From Armatimonadetes bacterium UBA1398 (lineage in GTDB: Bacteria > Armatimonadota > Zipacnadia > UBA1398), in the NCBI GenBank assembly GCA_002305165.1, contig DBQI01000025.1:79590-143589 (forward strand): a stretch of 64,000 nt of DNA, written 5' to 3'. Made by a program: the position numbers and the translations under genes. Every line of letters begins with the position of its first letter. The stretch's first letter is position 1. The notes beneath the pieces are model-generated. The model worked only from the letters and a program-made list of their open reading frames with translations, made no database searches and was not told the DNA's origin. Positions 9,398 to 18,030 of this stretch are shown one piece after another.

Positions 9398-10574
9398 CCT
9401 GGTCACCTTCGGTGTTCCCCGGAGAGGTTCCGGACGCGTGCGTCTCGTGGCTCGAGCCGGAGGGACCGCCTTCGGCAGTGTCATCCCAGTACGTCACGCC
9501 CCCCAGGGGGCTCCCTCGGCGCGCCTCCTCCTCACTGAAGGAGAACCGTCGGGCCACTGCGGGATAGCCGAAGACCGCGACCAGTATGCCGAGCGCGTAG
9601 AGGGTGACGCTCATTGCCGAGACGCCGCCCTGCCGGGACTGCCAGTAGAAGGCGAAGGCCATGACCGGCAGGCTACCCAAGGCGAAGGCGGGCACGACGC
9701 GGAGGTCGACGCGCTCCGTGAAGGTGCACCGCCGGCACGCGATGAGCGCGATGACGGCTGCCACGATGGCGGCCGCCGAGCCAAGTTGCGCTTGGGTCAC
9801 CGCCCCGATGACGGGGATACCTGTCATCCCGGGCACGGCCTCCGCAGTGGACCAAGCGGGCACCGGCTCGTAGTAGCGGAACCAGTCCGTGATGATGCGG
9901 GTGATCGAGTACAGGATTATCCACCATAGGAGGATCTGCCCGTTCCACCGCCGGTGCTTTAGGAAAGCCTGGAGGAGCACTGCTGCTACCACGAGGTTCA
10001 GTATCAGATCATAGATCTGCACTGGGTGGCTCGGCGGGGTGAGCACGTTGAGGTCTCCCGAGCGCACGGGGAACTGGCATGCCCATGGCAGCCCTTCGGC
10101 GGGGTGGCCGTGGCAGCAGCCATTGAGGAAGCACCCGATCTTGGTGATCGCGTAGCCCAGGGCCAGGAGGGGCACCAGGTGGTCGGCAAGGGCGCCGTAG
10201 GAGATGCGCAGTTTGCGGCAGCAGATGAGGGAGCCGAGCATGGCGCCGATCACACCGCCATGGAAGGCGAGACCTCCCTCCCAGATGTAGAGGGCCTCGA
10301 TGGGGCTGGCCTCGGCGTTACCGAAGTAGGCTCCCCAGTTCAGGACCACATGCAGGAGCCGCGCCCCAAGCACGCCGGAGAGCAGGACGACGAGAACCAC
10401 ATCGATGGACCGATCGGGCGGGATCAGCTTCGTGCGAGACGTCAGCTTCCAGAGGCCGAAGAAGGCGACGATGAAGGCGAGAGCCAGCATGGTCCCGTAG
10501 GCATGCACGGGAAAGGGCCCAAGGCTGATGGGGCCGAGGTGGAAGCCCGGTATCTTGAAGAGCACAGAGTGCAT
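9375..10574 (-). CDS. lgt: Phosphatidylglycerol-prolipoprotein diacylglyceryl transferase with a ~110-aa C-terminal extension
   Basis: FPVHAYGTMLALAF, GARLLHVV, IWEGGLAFHGGVIGA and GCFLNGCCHG motifs. The stop of lspA abuts its start with no gap. Confidence 0.85.
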   Translation of the reverse strand: MHSVLFKIPGFHLGPISLGPFPVHAYGTMLALAFIVAFFGLWKLTSRTKLIPPDRSIDVVLVVLLSGVLGARLLHVVLNWGAYFGNAEASPIEALYIWEGGLAFHGGVIGAMLGSLICCRKLRISYGALADHLVPLLALGYAITKIGCFLNGCCHGHPAEGLPWACQFPVRSGDLNVLTPPSHPVQIYDLILNLVVAAVLLQAFLKHRRWNGQILLWWIILYSITRIITDWFRYYEPVPAWSTAEAVPGMTGIPVIGAVTQAQLGSAAAIVAAVIALIACRRCTFTERVDLRVVPAFALGSLPVMAFAFYWQSRQGGVSAMSVTLYALGILVAVFGYPAVARRFSFSEEEARRGSPLGGVTYWDDTAEGGPSGSSHETHASGTSPGNTEGDQDGTDRVS

Positions 10575-11264
10575 TCACTGGTCCCCTTGGCTGGCGGAGT
10601 CCAACGCGGCGGCGCCATCGTTCGGAGGTGCTGCGAGCTCCGCCACCTTCGTCTCGATCAGTCTCTCCTCAATGCGGGAGGCTCGCAGGATAGCATAGCC
10701 CACCAGGATGGCGCCGACCACTACCTCGGCGTCGGCCAGGTTGAACTGCGGCCACCACCCGACATCGATGAAATCCAACACGCCCCTTGGGCGCACGAGT
10801 CGGTCGAAGAGGTTGCCGAGTGCTCCCCCTACCACCAAGGCGAGCCCGATGATGTACACCGGCCAACTGAAACGCCCACAGGTGGCCGCGATGATCACGA
10901 TGGAGACCGTCAGCACCGCGACGCCGGCCACCCATGAGGGGTGCTCGGCGAACATGCCCCACGCGATGCCTGGATTGTACACGTGGGAGAGCCACAAGTA
11001 ACCGTCCAGGACGGCCACGGTCTGTCGGCCCTCCGGCACCCCTCGAGCCACCATCTCCTTCGTGACTTGGTCCGCCACTAAGGCGATGAGCCCCAGGCTC
11101 GCGAAGATGATGATCCGCTGCCAGCGCGCGAGGGGCTCGAAGACTGCGCGGTGCTCGCCCAGGACGTGCCTGCGGATGTCCTCGGCGACGGCCGCCGGCG
11201 GCCGTGTGCGGGCCGCCGGCTTCGGACCCTCGGGCTGGGGAGCGGACGGAGTGTCGGTCGCCAA
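10575..11264 (-). CDS. lspA: Lipoprotein signal peptidase II
   Basis: VADQVTKEMV, NPGIAWGMF and FNLADAEVVVGAILV motifs, downstream of ileS as in many bacteria. TTG start at 11264 is uncertain because the N-terminal ~45 aa are low complexity. Confidence 0.85.
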   Translation of the reverse strand: MATDTPSAPQPEGPKPAARTRPPAAVAEDIRRHVLGEHRAVFEPLARWQRIIIFASLGLIALVADQVTKEMVARGVPEGRQTVAVLDGYLWLSHVYNPGIAWGMFAEHPSWVAGVAVLTVSIVIIAATCGRFSWPVYIIGLALVVGGALGNLFDRLVRPRGVLDFIDVGWWPQFNLADAEVVVGAILVGYAILRASRIEERLIETKVAELAAPPNDGAAALDSASQGDQ

Positions 11265-11332
11265 TGCGCGCTACTCGTTTCCCATGGGCGCGCCCAGCCG
11301 AGAGGCCCGCACACGGTGTGTTGGATGGCGTT

Positions 11333-14191
11333 CTACGGCTCTGGGACGCCCGTTACGGCGGCGACGCAGCGGGAACAAAGCTCCGGGTGCTCCTCGTCCT
11401 GGCCCACAGTGGCCTCCACGTGCCAGCAGCGCGGGCATTTGGACCCTTCAGCCAGTCCGATAACGAAGTCGACTACGAAGTCGACTCCACCGAGTTCATC
11501 GGTGCTCAAGGTCACGGCTTCCGCGGCGCGTCCCCCCCGGACCTGGGCGCCAGACACGATCAGGAACTCCGCTAGCGATGAGCCATCGGCCTCGGTGCGC
11601 TGGATGATCTCGACGACGTTCTCGGGCGCGTAGATCGTGACCTGAGCGTCCAGGGGCTTCTTGAACATCCCCTCGCCGCGGCACTTCTCGATGGCCCGGT
11701 ACGCCTCGGTGCGCAGGGTACTGAGCACATCGAAGCGGCCGAGCAACTCGTCGTTCATCCACTCCGTGCGGGCCGAGGGCCAGTCCGCAAGTTGCACGGT
11801 CGGCAGCTCCTCGGTCTGGAAGCGGTGGCTCCAGATCTCCTCACAGGTAAAGGTTAGCACGGGCGCCAGAAGGAGGGTCAGGCTCCGCAGGATGTGGTGC
11901 ATCGCGGTCTGGGCTGACCTACGCGCTCGCCAGTCAGCGGCTGAGGCGTAGAGCCGGTCCTTGGTCATGTCCAGGTAGAGGGCCGACAGGTCAGTCTCGC
12001 AGAAGGCATAGATCGCCTGCATGGCGTGGTGGAAGTCCCACTCCTCCATGCGCCGACTCGCGGACACGATCAGCCCGCCGAGGCGACCCAAAGCCCACTG
12101 GTCGAGAGGCAGCATGTCGGCGTACGGGACCTCGTCGGTCTCTGGATCGAAGCCGCTCAGGTTGCCCAGTAGGAACCGGCAGGTGTTTCGGATCGACCGG
12201 TACACCTTCGACACCTGCTCGAACAGGTCATCGGAGCAGTGAAGGTCTCGCTTGAAGTCCACCGTGGCCACCCAGAGCCGGATGATGTCGGCCCCTCGCG
12301 TCGACGCCACTGTCTGGGGGTCGATGACGTTGCCGATGGACTTGGACATCTTCCGGCCGAGCTCATCCACCACGAAGCCGTGGGTGACACATGTCTTGTA
12401 CGGCGGGGTCTCGCGGGTCGCCATGCCCGTCAAGAGGGAGCTCTGGAACCATCCCCGGTGCTGATCCGAACCCTCGATGTAGAGGTCGCAGGGGAAGCCC
12501 AGCTCCTCTCTGCGCTCGAGCACACCCGCCCAGCTTGTGCCCGAGTCGAACCAAACGTCCATGATGTCGGTCTCTTTGCGCAGCTGCTCCGCGCCGCAGC
12601 CGCATGCGGGACAGACGAAGCCTTGGGGCAGCAGCTCGGGGGCCGAGAGGGCGAACCAGGCATCGGAGCCTCCCTCGCGAACCTTGGCGACGACGGACTC
12701 GATCGTCTCCTGGGTGTAGATGATCTCGCCGCAACCCTCGCAGTAGAAGATAGGGATGGGCACGCCCCACACGCGCTGGCGCGAGATGCACCAGTCGGGG
12801 CGACTCTCCATCATGCCCGCGATCCGCTGCTGGCTCTCGGCAGGCACCCATTTGACCCGATCGAGGGCCTCGAGCGCGGGCTCACGCAGCTTCGCCATGT
12901 CAATGAACCACTGCTCGGTGCATCTGAAGAGGACTGGGTCCTTGCCACGCCAGCAGTGGGGGTATGAGTGCCGCAGCCTCTCCTGCCGCAGTAGGTAGCC
13001 GTTCTCCCGGAGCCACTGGGGGATGACCTCGTTGGCCTTCTCCCAGTGGAGGCCCGCGAAGATCCCTGCCTCATCGGTCAGGCAGCCGTCGTCGCCCATG
13101 GGCGAGATGATGGGCAGGCCGTACTCCCGGCCCACCAGGAAGTCCTCCTCGCCGTGGCCTGGCGCAGTATGAACACAACCCGTGCCATCCTCCATCGTGA
13201 CATGCCCGCCGAGAATGATGGGGGACTTGCGGTCCATGAAGGGGTGCCGGGTCTGCCGGCCTTCGAGCTCCTCGCCACGGAAGCGTGCGATGACCTCGAA
13301 GATCTCGTACCCGAGCCCATCGCGGAGGGCCTCGTAGCGTCCCTCGCCGATGACCAGGTACTCGCCCTGCTCGGGGCATCCGTCGACCGCGCCCTTGGCG
13401 AAGACGAGACAGTAGGTCGCCGTGGGATGGAGACAGACCGCAAGGTTGCCTGGCAGCGTCCACGGGGTGGTCGTCCAGATGGGAACCGACACCTGGTCGG
13501 AGTCGCTCAGCCCGCCGGAGAGGGCGGCGAGGCTATCGGCCCACGGAAACCGGACGGTGATGGCGGGAGACTCGATGTCGTAGTACTCGATCTCGGCGTC
13601 GGCGAGGGCCGTGCCGCTGAGCACCGACCAGTAGACCGGCCGGAAACCGCGGTAGATCATGCCCTTCAGGGCGATCTCCCCGAAGACCTGGAGCTGCCGG
13701 GCCTCATATTCGGGATCCAGAGTGACATAGCGGTTCGACCAGTCACCACGGACTCCCATGCGGCGGAACTGGGCGGTCTGCTTCTCCACATACTGCAACG
13801 CGAAGTCCCGGCAGAGACCCCGCCACTCCACCGGGTCCATCTGCCCCCGATCCAGGCCCGTTTCGATCATCACCCGATGCTCCAGAGGGAGCCCGTGGGT
13901 GTCGAAGCCCGGGACGTAAGGGCAGTCGTAGCCCCGCATGGTCCGGAACTTGACGACGATATCCTTCAGGATCTTGTTCTGCGCGGTGCCAATGTGGATG
14001 TCGCCATTGCTGTAGGGCGGTCCGTCGTGGAGGACATAGCGGGGCCGTCCCCGTCCTCGCTCCCGCACCAGCCGGTAGACATCGAGCTTGTCCCATTGCT
14101 CAATGATTCGCGGCTCACGCTCCGGAAGGTTCGCCCGCATGGGGAAGTCGGTCTGGGGTAGATTCAGTGTGCTCTGGTAGTCCTGGGACAT
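11333..14191 (-). CDS. ileS: Isoleucine-tRNA ligase
   Basis: [19 protein letters not shown] (HIGH), KMSKSIGN (KMSKS), the CP1 editing region, and a C-terminal Cys cluster (CPRCW...CSRC). ATG at 14189-14191 ([22 protein letters not shown]) is preceded by GGAGAGGAGGA. Confidence 0.95.
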   Translation of the reverse strand: MSQDYQSTLNLPQTDFPMRANLPEREPRIIEQWDKLDVYRLVRERGRGRPRYVLHDGPPYSNGDIHIGTAQNKILKDIVVKFRTMRGYDCPYVPGFDTHGLPLEHRVMIETGLDRGQMDPVEWRGLCRDFALQYVEKQTAQFRRMGVRGDWSNRYVTLDPEYEARQLQVFGEIALKGMIYRGFRPVYWSVLSGTALADAEIEYYDIESPAITVRFPWADSLAALSGGLSDSDQVSVPIWTTTPWTLPGNLAVCLHPTATYCLVFAKGAVDGCPEQGEYLVIGEGRYEALRDGLGYEIFEVIARFRGEELEGRQTRHPFMDRKSPIILGGHVTMEDGTGCVHTAPGHGEEDFLVGREYGLPIISPMGDDGCLTDEAGIFAGLHWEKANEVIPQWLRENGYLLRQERLRHSYPHCWRGKDPVLFRCTEQWFIDMAKLREPALEALDRVKWVPAESQQRIAGMMESRPDWCISRQRVWGVPIPIFYCEGCGEIIYTQETIESVVAKVREGGSDAWFALSAPELLPQGFVCPACGCGAEQLRKETDIMDVWFDSGTSWAGVLERREELGFPCDLYIEGSDQHRGWFQSSLLTGMATRETPPYKTCVTHGFVVDELGRKMSKSIGNVIDPQTVASTRGADIIRLWVATVDFKRDLHCSDDLFEQVSKVYRSIRNTCRFLLGNLSGFDPETDEVPYADMLPLDQWALGRLGGLIVSASRRMEEWDFHHAMQAIYAFCETDLSALYLDMTKDRLYASAADWRARRSAQTAMHHILRSLTLLLAPVLTFTCEEIWSHRFQTEELPTVQLADWPSARTEWMNDELLGRFDVLSTLRTEAYRAIEKCRGEGMFKKPLDAQVTIYAPENVVEIIQRTEADGSSLAEFLIVSGAQVRGGRAAEAVTLSTDELGGVDFVVDFVIGLAEGSKCPRCWHVEATVGQDEEHPELCSRCVAAVTGVPEP

Positions 14192-14500
14192 TCGGGTCCT
14201 CCTCTCCGGCGTTCGCCGCGAAAACCGGGCCAATCAGACACACGAATGGGAGCCCGCCATGCGGCTTGGCTCCCGCTTTGAGCGTCCGATGCCTCGGAGG
14301 GCAATATACGCCCGGCATGGCCCTCGGTCAACTTCGCTCAGACCACCAGGGCTGTCACCGTTCTGGCGATTCGTGCAGGGTCCGATGGGCCCTTGGACGC
14401 GTACTCATCCTCGATACACCGGGGCCGCGAGTCACTTCCTAGCGACCAGCGAGGCGTTCCTCGGCGAGGACCCCGCCGCGGGACGTCAGACTCAGTGGAG
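14192..14500 (-). promoter_or_regulatory. Structured ileS 5' leader with attenuator-like hairpin; possible T-box-type element
   Basis: About 300 nt are non-coding upstream of ileS. On the minus strand: GAUGAGUA (K-turn-like), GAAUCG containing the Ile codon AUC, CCCUGGUGGUCUGAGCG (GGUGGU at 14342-14347, like the T-box core GGUGGUACCGCG), then hairpin GGGAGCC...GGCUCCC (14248-14274) followed by AUUCGUGUGUCUGAUU, about 55 nt before the start codon. Confidence 0.35.
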
Positions 14501-14558
14501 GTGACGGTCGACGCCGCAGGCAATACCCCCCGTGTTCGTCCGACGGGAGGGCGCGACA

Positions 14559-14804
14559 ATGGTCTGTCGATCCGCGATACTGTTCTCCGCGCTCGGGGGC
14601 TTGGCGGTAGGCGCCAGCGCCGAGCCGCTGGATATGTCCCGCGAGATTGCCCTGAACCGGCTCTGGGAGGAGATAACCTTCGGCCGGGCGGAGGCCTCAG
14701 GTTCTGCGCTGACCCTAGTTGCGGAGGAGGGACCAGGCGATACCAAGGTCAACCGCTGCGCCGCCGGCGGCCCCCTGCGCCTGGGCGATCGCGTCTACGA
14801 CTGA
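14559..14804 (+). CDS. N-terminal fragment (signal peptide + start of NPCBM domain) of the NPCBM/GH36-like gene, ended by an in-frame TGA
   Basis: ATG at 14559 preceded by GGGAGG. MVCRSAILFSALGGLAVGASA signal peptide. Same reading frame as 14814..17075, and the sequence aligns across the TGA (14802-14804) with paralog 18031..20508. Confidence 0.5.
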   Translation: MVCRSAILFSALGGLAVGASAEPLDMSREIALNRLWEEITFGRAEASGSALTLVAEEGPGDTKVNRCAAGGPLRLGDRVYD

Positions 14805-14813
14805 GGGATCGGC

Positions 14814-17075
14814 GTGAACTCCACCTGCGAGCTGCGCGTCGCCCTGGCGGCGCCCGGGGAGCGCCTGCGTGCGATCGTCGGGCTGGATCGAAACGTGGAT
14901 GGCACCGCAGGCTCGGTCCGTTTCCACGTGCGCGCCGGTGAGCACAGCCTGCTCTCGACAGAAGTGATCCGCGCCGGAGACCCGCCTCAGGCGATCGATG
15001 TGCCGCTGAGTGGCGCGCGGGAGGTCTCCCTGATCGTGGACGACGGGGGAGACGGCAGAGGCTGGGATCAGGGCGACTGGGCTGAGGCACGGGTGGAGCT
15101 GGAGGACGGCACCGAGTTGTGGCTCGATGAGCTTGCACGTGAGACACGACACTCAGGCGGGCCGCCCTTCTCCTTCGTCTACGGCGGCGTGCCCTCGTCC
15201 GAGCTGCTCCCTACCTGGCAGAGCGAGGAGACGCTCGACGCCACGGACCCGGGTCAGACGGTTCGCCGGTTGACCTACCGCGACCCGGACACGGGGCTCG
15301 AGTTGGTCGCCACAAGCACCGTGTACACCGATTGCCCCGGCGTCGACTGGGTGCTCACGATCACGAACCGCGGAACCACGGATAGCCCAGTCATCGAGGC
15401 TCTCCAGGCGCTGGACACGTCACTCCACCCTTCCTTGGCTGGCGATGTGGTCGTCCATCGCCTCAATGGTTCCCCCTGCCTCGCCGACGACTGGATACCC
15501 TTCGATGAGCGGGTGGGCACCCAATCCAGCCTGGAGATCGCCGCGACGAGGGGGCGCTCGTCCAACGTCTCTCCCTTCTTCAATGTCCAGTGGGAGGGCG
15601 GAGGAGTGATCACGGCCATCGGCTGGTCGGGGCAGTGGGCTGCCGCCGTCGAGAGGTCTCAGGGCGCGCTCACCCTTCGCGCGCGGCAGGAGGATCTCCG
15701 CACCGTTCTCCATCCCGGCGAGAGCATCCGATCGCCCCGTATCCTGCAGCTCTGGTGGGAGGGTGATGACCCGTGGCGCGGCTACAACCTCTTCCGCCGA
15801 ACCCTCCGCGCCCATGTCGTCCCTCGGATGGACGGAGAGGTCATCTTCCCCCCCATCGCACACCTGAGCACGTCCTTCTACGAACTCAACGCCAGCAATG
15901 AGGAGAACGTACTCTCACACCTCAAGTCGCTCGATGGGTTGGGGTTCGAGGTCTTCTGGCTCGACGCGTACTGGACGGGTCCCGGGGGATTCCCGAGCGC
16001 AATGGGCAACTACGGCCTGCCGCTGTCCACCGTTGAGCCACCCGACCGCTTCCCGAGGGGGCTCTCTCACATCGGCGACGCCGTGCGGAACGCGGGCATG
16101 GACTTCCTGCTGTGGTTCGAGCCCGAACGAGTGGCGCCGGGTACCCGCATCGCCACGGAGCACCCCGAGTGGGTCATCTCGCTCGCCGGCGATGGCAGCG
16201 GCCTGCTCGACCTGGGCAACCCGGAGGCGTGGGAGCACATCCGAGCGTACTTGGACACGGCCATCCGTGAATACGACCTGACTTGGCTCCGCATCGACTA
16301 CAACATCGATCCCCTTGACTACTGGCGGCATGCGGACTCCCAGCAGACCGATCGCGGCGGCATGACGGAGATGCGGTACGTCGAGGGGCTCTACCGCCTG
16401 TGGGACGCGCTTCGGGCTGCCCACCCCACGCTGGCCATCGACACATGCGCCTCGGGCGGCCGGCGGATCGATCTAGAGACGTGCGCGCGAGCCATACCCC
16501 TCTGGCGGAGTGATAACACGTGCGACATGGTGGGTGACGACCCCGAGGTGATCCTGCAGGCGGCGATCAAGAACCAGGTGATGAGCGCCGGCCTGAACCG
16601 CTACCTGCCCTTGAGCACCGTAGGGCAAATGGGGGCGGATCCCTACCGGTTCCGGAGCGGCTTCAACGGGGGGATTGCCTTCGCTGAGGATGTGCGCGGC
16701 GACGACTACCCCCGGGACCTTCTCCGCGAGGCCATTGAGGAGGGAAAGCGGCTAAGGCCTTACTGGCTCGGCGACTTCTACGCCCTGTCCGAGGTCACCA
16801 TGAGTCCGCGCGACTGGTGCGTGCTTCAGTACCATCGTCCGGAGCGTGATGACGGCATTGTGCTCGCCTTCCGCCGGCACGGTTCACCCTATGTTGTGTA
16901 TGACTGCGCCCTGCGCGGCATCGAGCCATTGGCGGTTTACCGGGTGACCTTCTCGCCGACCTATGAGCGAGGCGAGTCAGTGGAACTGCCGGGTTCGGAC
17001 CTGGCACGACTCTCCCTGCAGGTCACGGAGCGGCCAGGCTCTCTCCTGGTCGAGTACCAGCGCATTGAGAGGTAG
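14814..17075 (+). CDS. NPCBM-domain + GH36-like (clan GH-D, alpha-galactosidase-like) glycoside hydrolase, main body; N-terminus cut off by the in-frame stop
   Basis: NPCBM-like GSVRFHVRAG...DDGGDGRGWDQGDWAEARVEL. Catalytic-core motifs FWLDAYW, WFEPERV, HPEW, LRIDYNIDP, DTCASGGRRIDLE, WRSDN. About 45% similar throughout to 18031..20508. Confidence 0.8.
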   Translation: MNSTCELRVALAAPGERLRAIVGLDRNVDGTAGSVRFHVRAGEHSLLSTEVIRAGDPPQAIDVPLSGAREVSLIVDDGGDGRGWDQGDWAEARVELEDGTELWLDELARETRHSGGPPFSFVYGGVPSSELLPTWQSEETLDATDPGQTVRRLTYRDPDTGLELVATSTVYTDCPGVDWVLTITNRGTTDSPVIEALQALDTSLHPSLAGDVVVHRLNGSPCLADDWIPFDERVGTQSSLEIAATRGRSSNVSPFFNVQWEGGGVITAIGWSGQWAAAVERSQGALTLRARQEDLRTVLHPGESIRSPRILQLWWEGDDPWRGYNLFRRTLRAHVVPRMDGEVIFPPIAHLSTSFYELNASNEENVLSHLKSLDGLGFEVFWLDAYWTGPGGFPSAMGNYGLPLSTVEPPDRFPRGLSHIGDAVRNAGMDFLLWFEPERVAPGTRIATEHPEWVISLAGDGSGLLDLGNPEAWEHIRAYLDTAIREYDLTWLRIDYNIDPLDYWRHADSQQTDRGGMTEMRYVEGLYRLWDALRAAHPTLAIDTCASGGRRIDLETCARAIPLWRSDNTCDMVGDDPEVILQAAIKNQVMSAGLNRYLPLSTVGQMGADPYRFRSGFNGGIAFAEDVRGDDYPRDLLREAIEEGKRLRPYWLGDFYALSEVTMSPRDWCVLQYHRPERDDGIVLAFRRHGSPYVVYDCALRGIEPLAVYRVTFSPTYERGESVELPGSDLARLSLQVTERPGSLLVEYQRIER

Positions 17076-17086
17076 AGGCCGGACCA

Positions 17087-17117
17087 GCCGGGGTGGCCCG
17101 ATGAGGACCACCCCGGC
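17087..17117. terminator. Bidirectional stem-loop between the convergent GH36-like gene and aqpZ
   Basis: GCCGGGGTGG (17087-17096) pairs with CCACCCCGGC (17108-17117), a 10-bp GC stem with an 11-nt loop, in a 48-nt convergent gap. Confidence 0.55.
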
Positions 17118-17123
17118 CGTCGA

Positions 17124-17828
17124 TCACTTCGTTTCGCCGTCCCCGGCAACCATCCGGTAGATGGGGCCGGCGATGGCCGCGCCGATGATCGGCGCCACCC
17201 AGAACAGCCACAACTGCGAAGTAGCCCACGCGGGGCCGAAGAGCGCCACGCCCGTGCTCCGCGCCGGGTTCACCGAGGTGTTCGTGACGGGGATGGAGAT
17301 GAGGTGGATCAGGGTCAGGCAGAGGCCGATGGCGATGGGGGCGAACCCCGCCGGCGCCCGCTTGTCGGTTGCGCCCAAGATCACGATCAGGAAGATGAAG
17401 GTCATCACGACCTCCACGAGCAGGCCGGCCCTCAGACCATAGCCACACGGGGAGCCTTCGCGGTAGCCGTTGCAGGCGAAGGTGGCCATCCCGTTCTTGC
17501 CTACCGTGTTGCCCGCGATGATGAAGAGCACGAGCCCAGCTACAATGGCACCAATCACCTGGCCGACGATGTAAGGGAAGATGTCCTTCGCCGGAAATCG
17601 CTTCCCGGCCCAGAGTCCGATGGTGACCGCGGGGTTGAGGTGACAGCCTGAGATGTGCCCGATGGCGTAGGCCATCGTGAGCACCGTGAGTCCGAAAGCC
17701 AGAGCCACTCCAGCGAAACCGATGCCTGCATCGGGGACACCTGCGGCGAGGATCGCACTCCCGCAGCCACCCAACACGAGCCAGAACGTCCCAAGGGTTT
17801 CCGCAGCTACGCGCCGTGATAAGGGCAT
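17124..17828 (-). CDS. aqpZ: Aquaporin Z (MIP-family water channel)
   Basis: Two NPA boxes ([14 protein letters not shown]; [11 protein letters not shown]). N-terminus [18 protein letters not shown] is typical of AqpZ. Confidence 0.9.
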   Translation of the reverse strand: MPLSRRVAAETLGTFWLVLGGCGSAILAAGVPDAGIGFAGVALAFGLTVLTMAYAIGHISGCHLNPAVTIGLWAGKRFPAKDIFPYIVGQVIGAIVAGLVLFIIAGNTVGKNGMATFACNGYREGSPCGYGLRAGLLVEVVMTFIFLIVILGATDKRAPAGFAPIAIGLCLTLIHLISIPVTNTSVNPARSTGVALFGPAWATSQLWLFWVAPIIGAAIAGPIYRMVAGDGETK

Positions 17829-18030
17829 ACAGGAACCACCTTTCCGGGCGGTCGCTCCCTCGCGGTTGCGAGGGCGTGATCGCTCTTACGACGACGGGCT
17901 TACCTACCAGTCACTGCTGTGTGGGCAGTATTCCGTGCCGTCGTGCCAGGACCCTGCGCCCGTGGCCTGGAATGCTCTCCCATGCCGGGCGGCGAACTAC
18001 GCGTCACCGGCTTCAGGGGGCTTCACTGCC

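Noticed and set aside
14802-14804. Selenocysteine, or a genome-wide TGA reassignment, as the explanation for the in-frame TGA in the NPCBM/GH36-like gene.
   Set aside because: TGA terminates many well-defined genes in this window (tgt, rluD, the B2 protease, the HPrK-like gene). The aligned position in the paralog is His, in a non-catalytic carbohydrate-binding module. I could not find a convincing SECIS-type hairpin just downstream.
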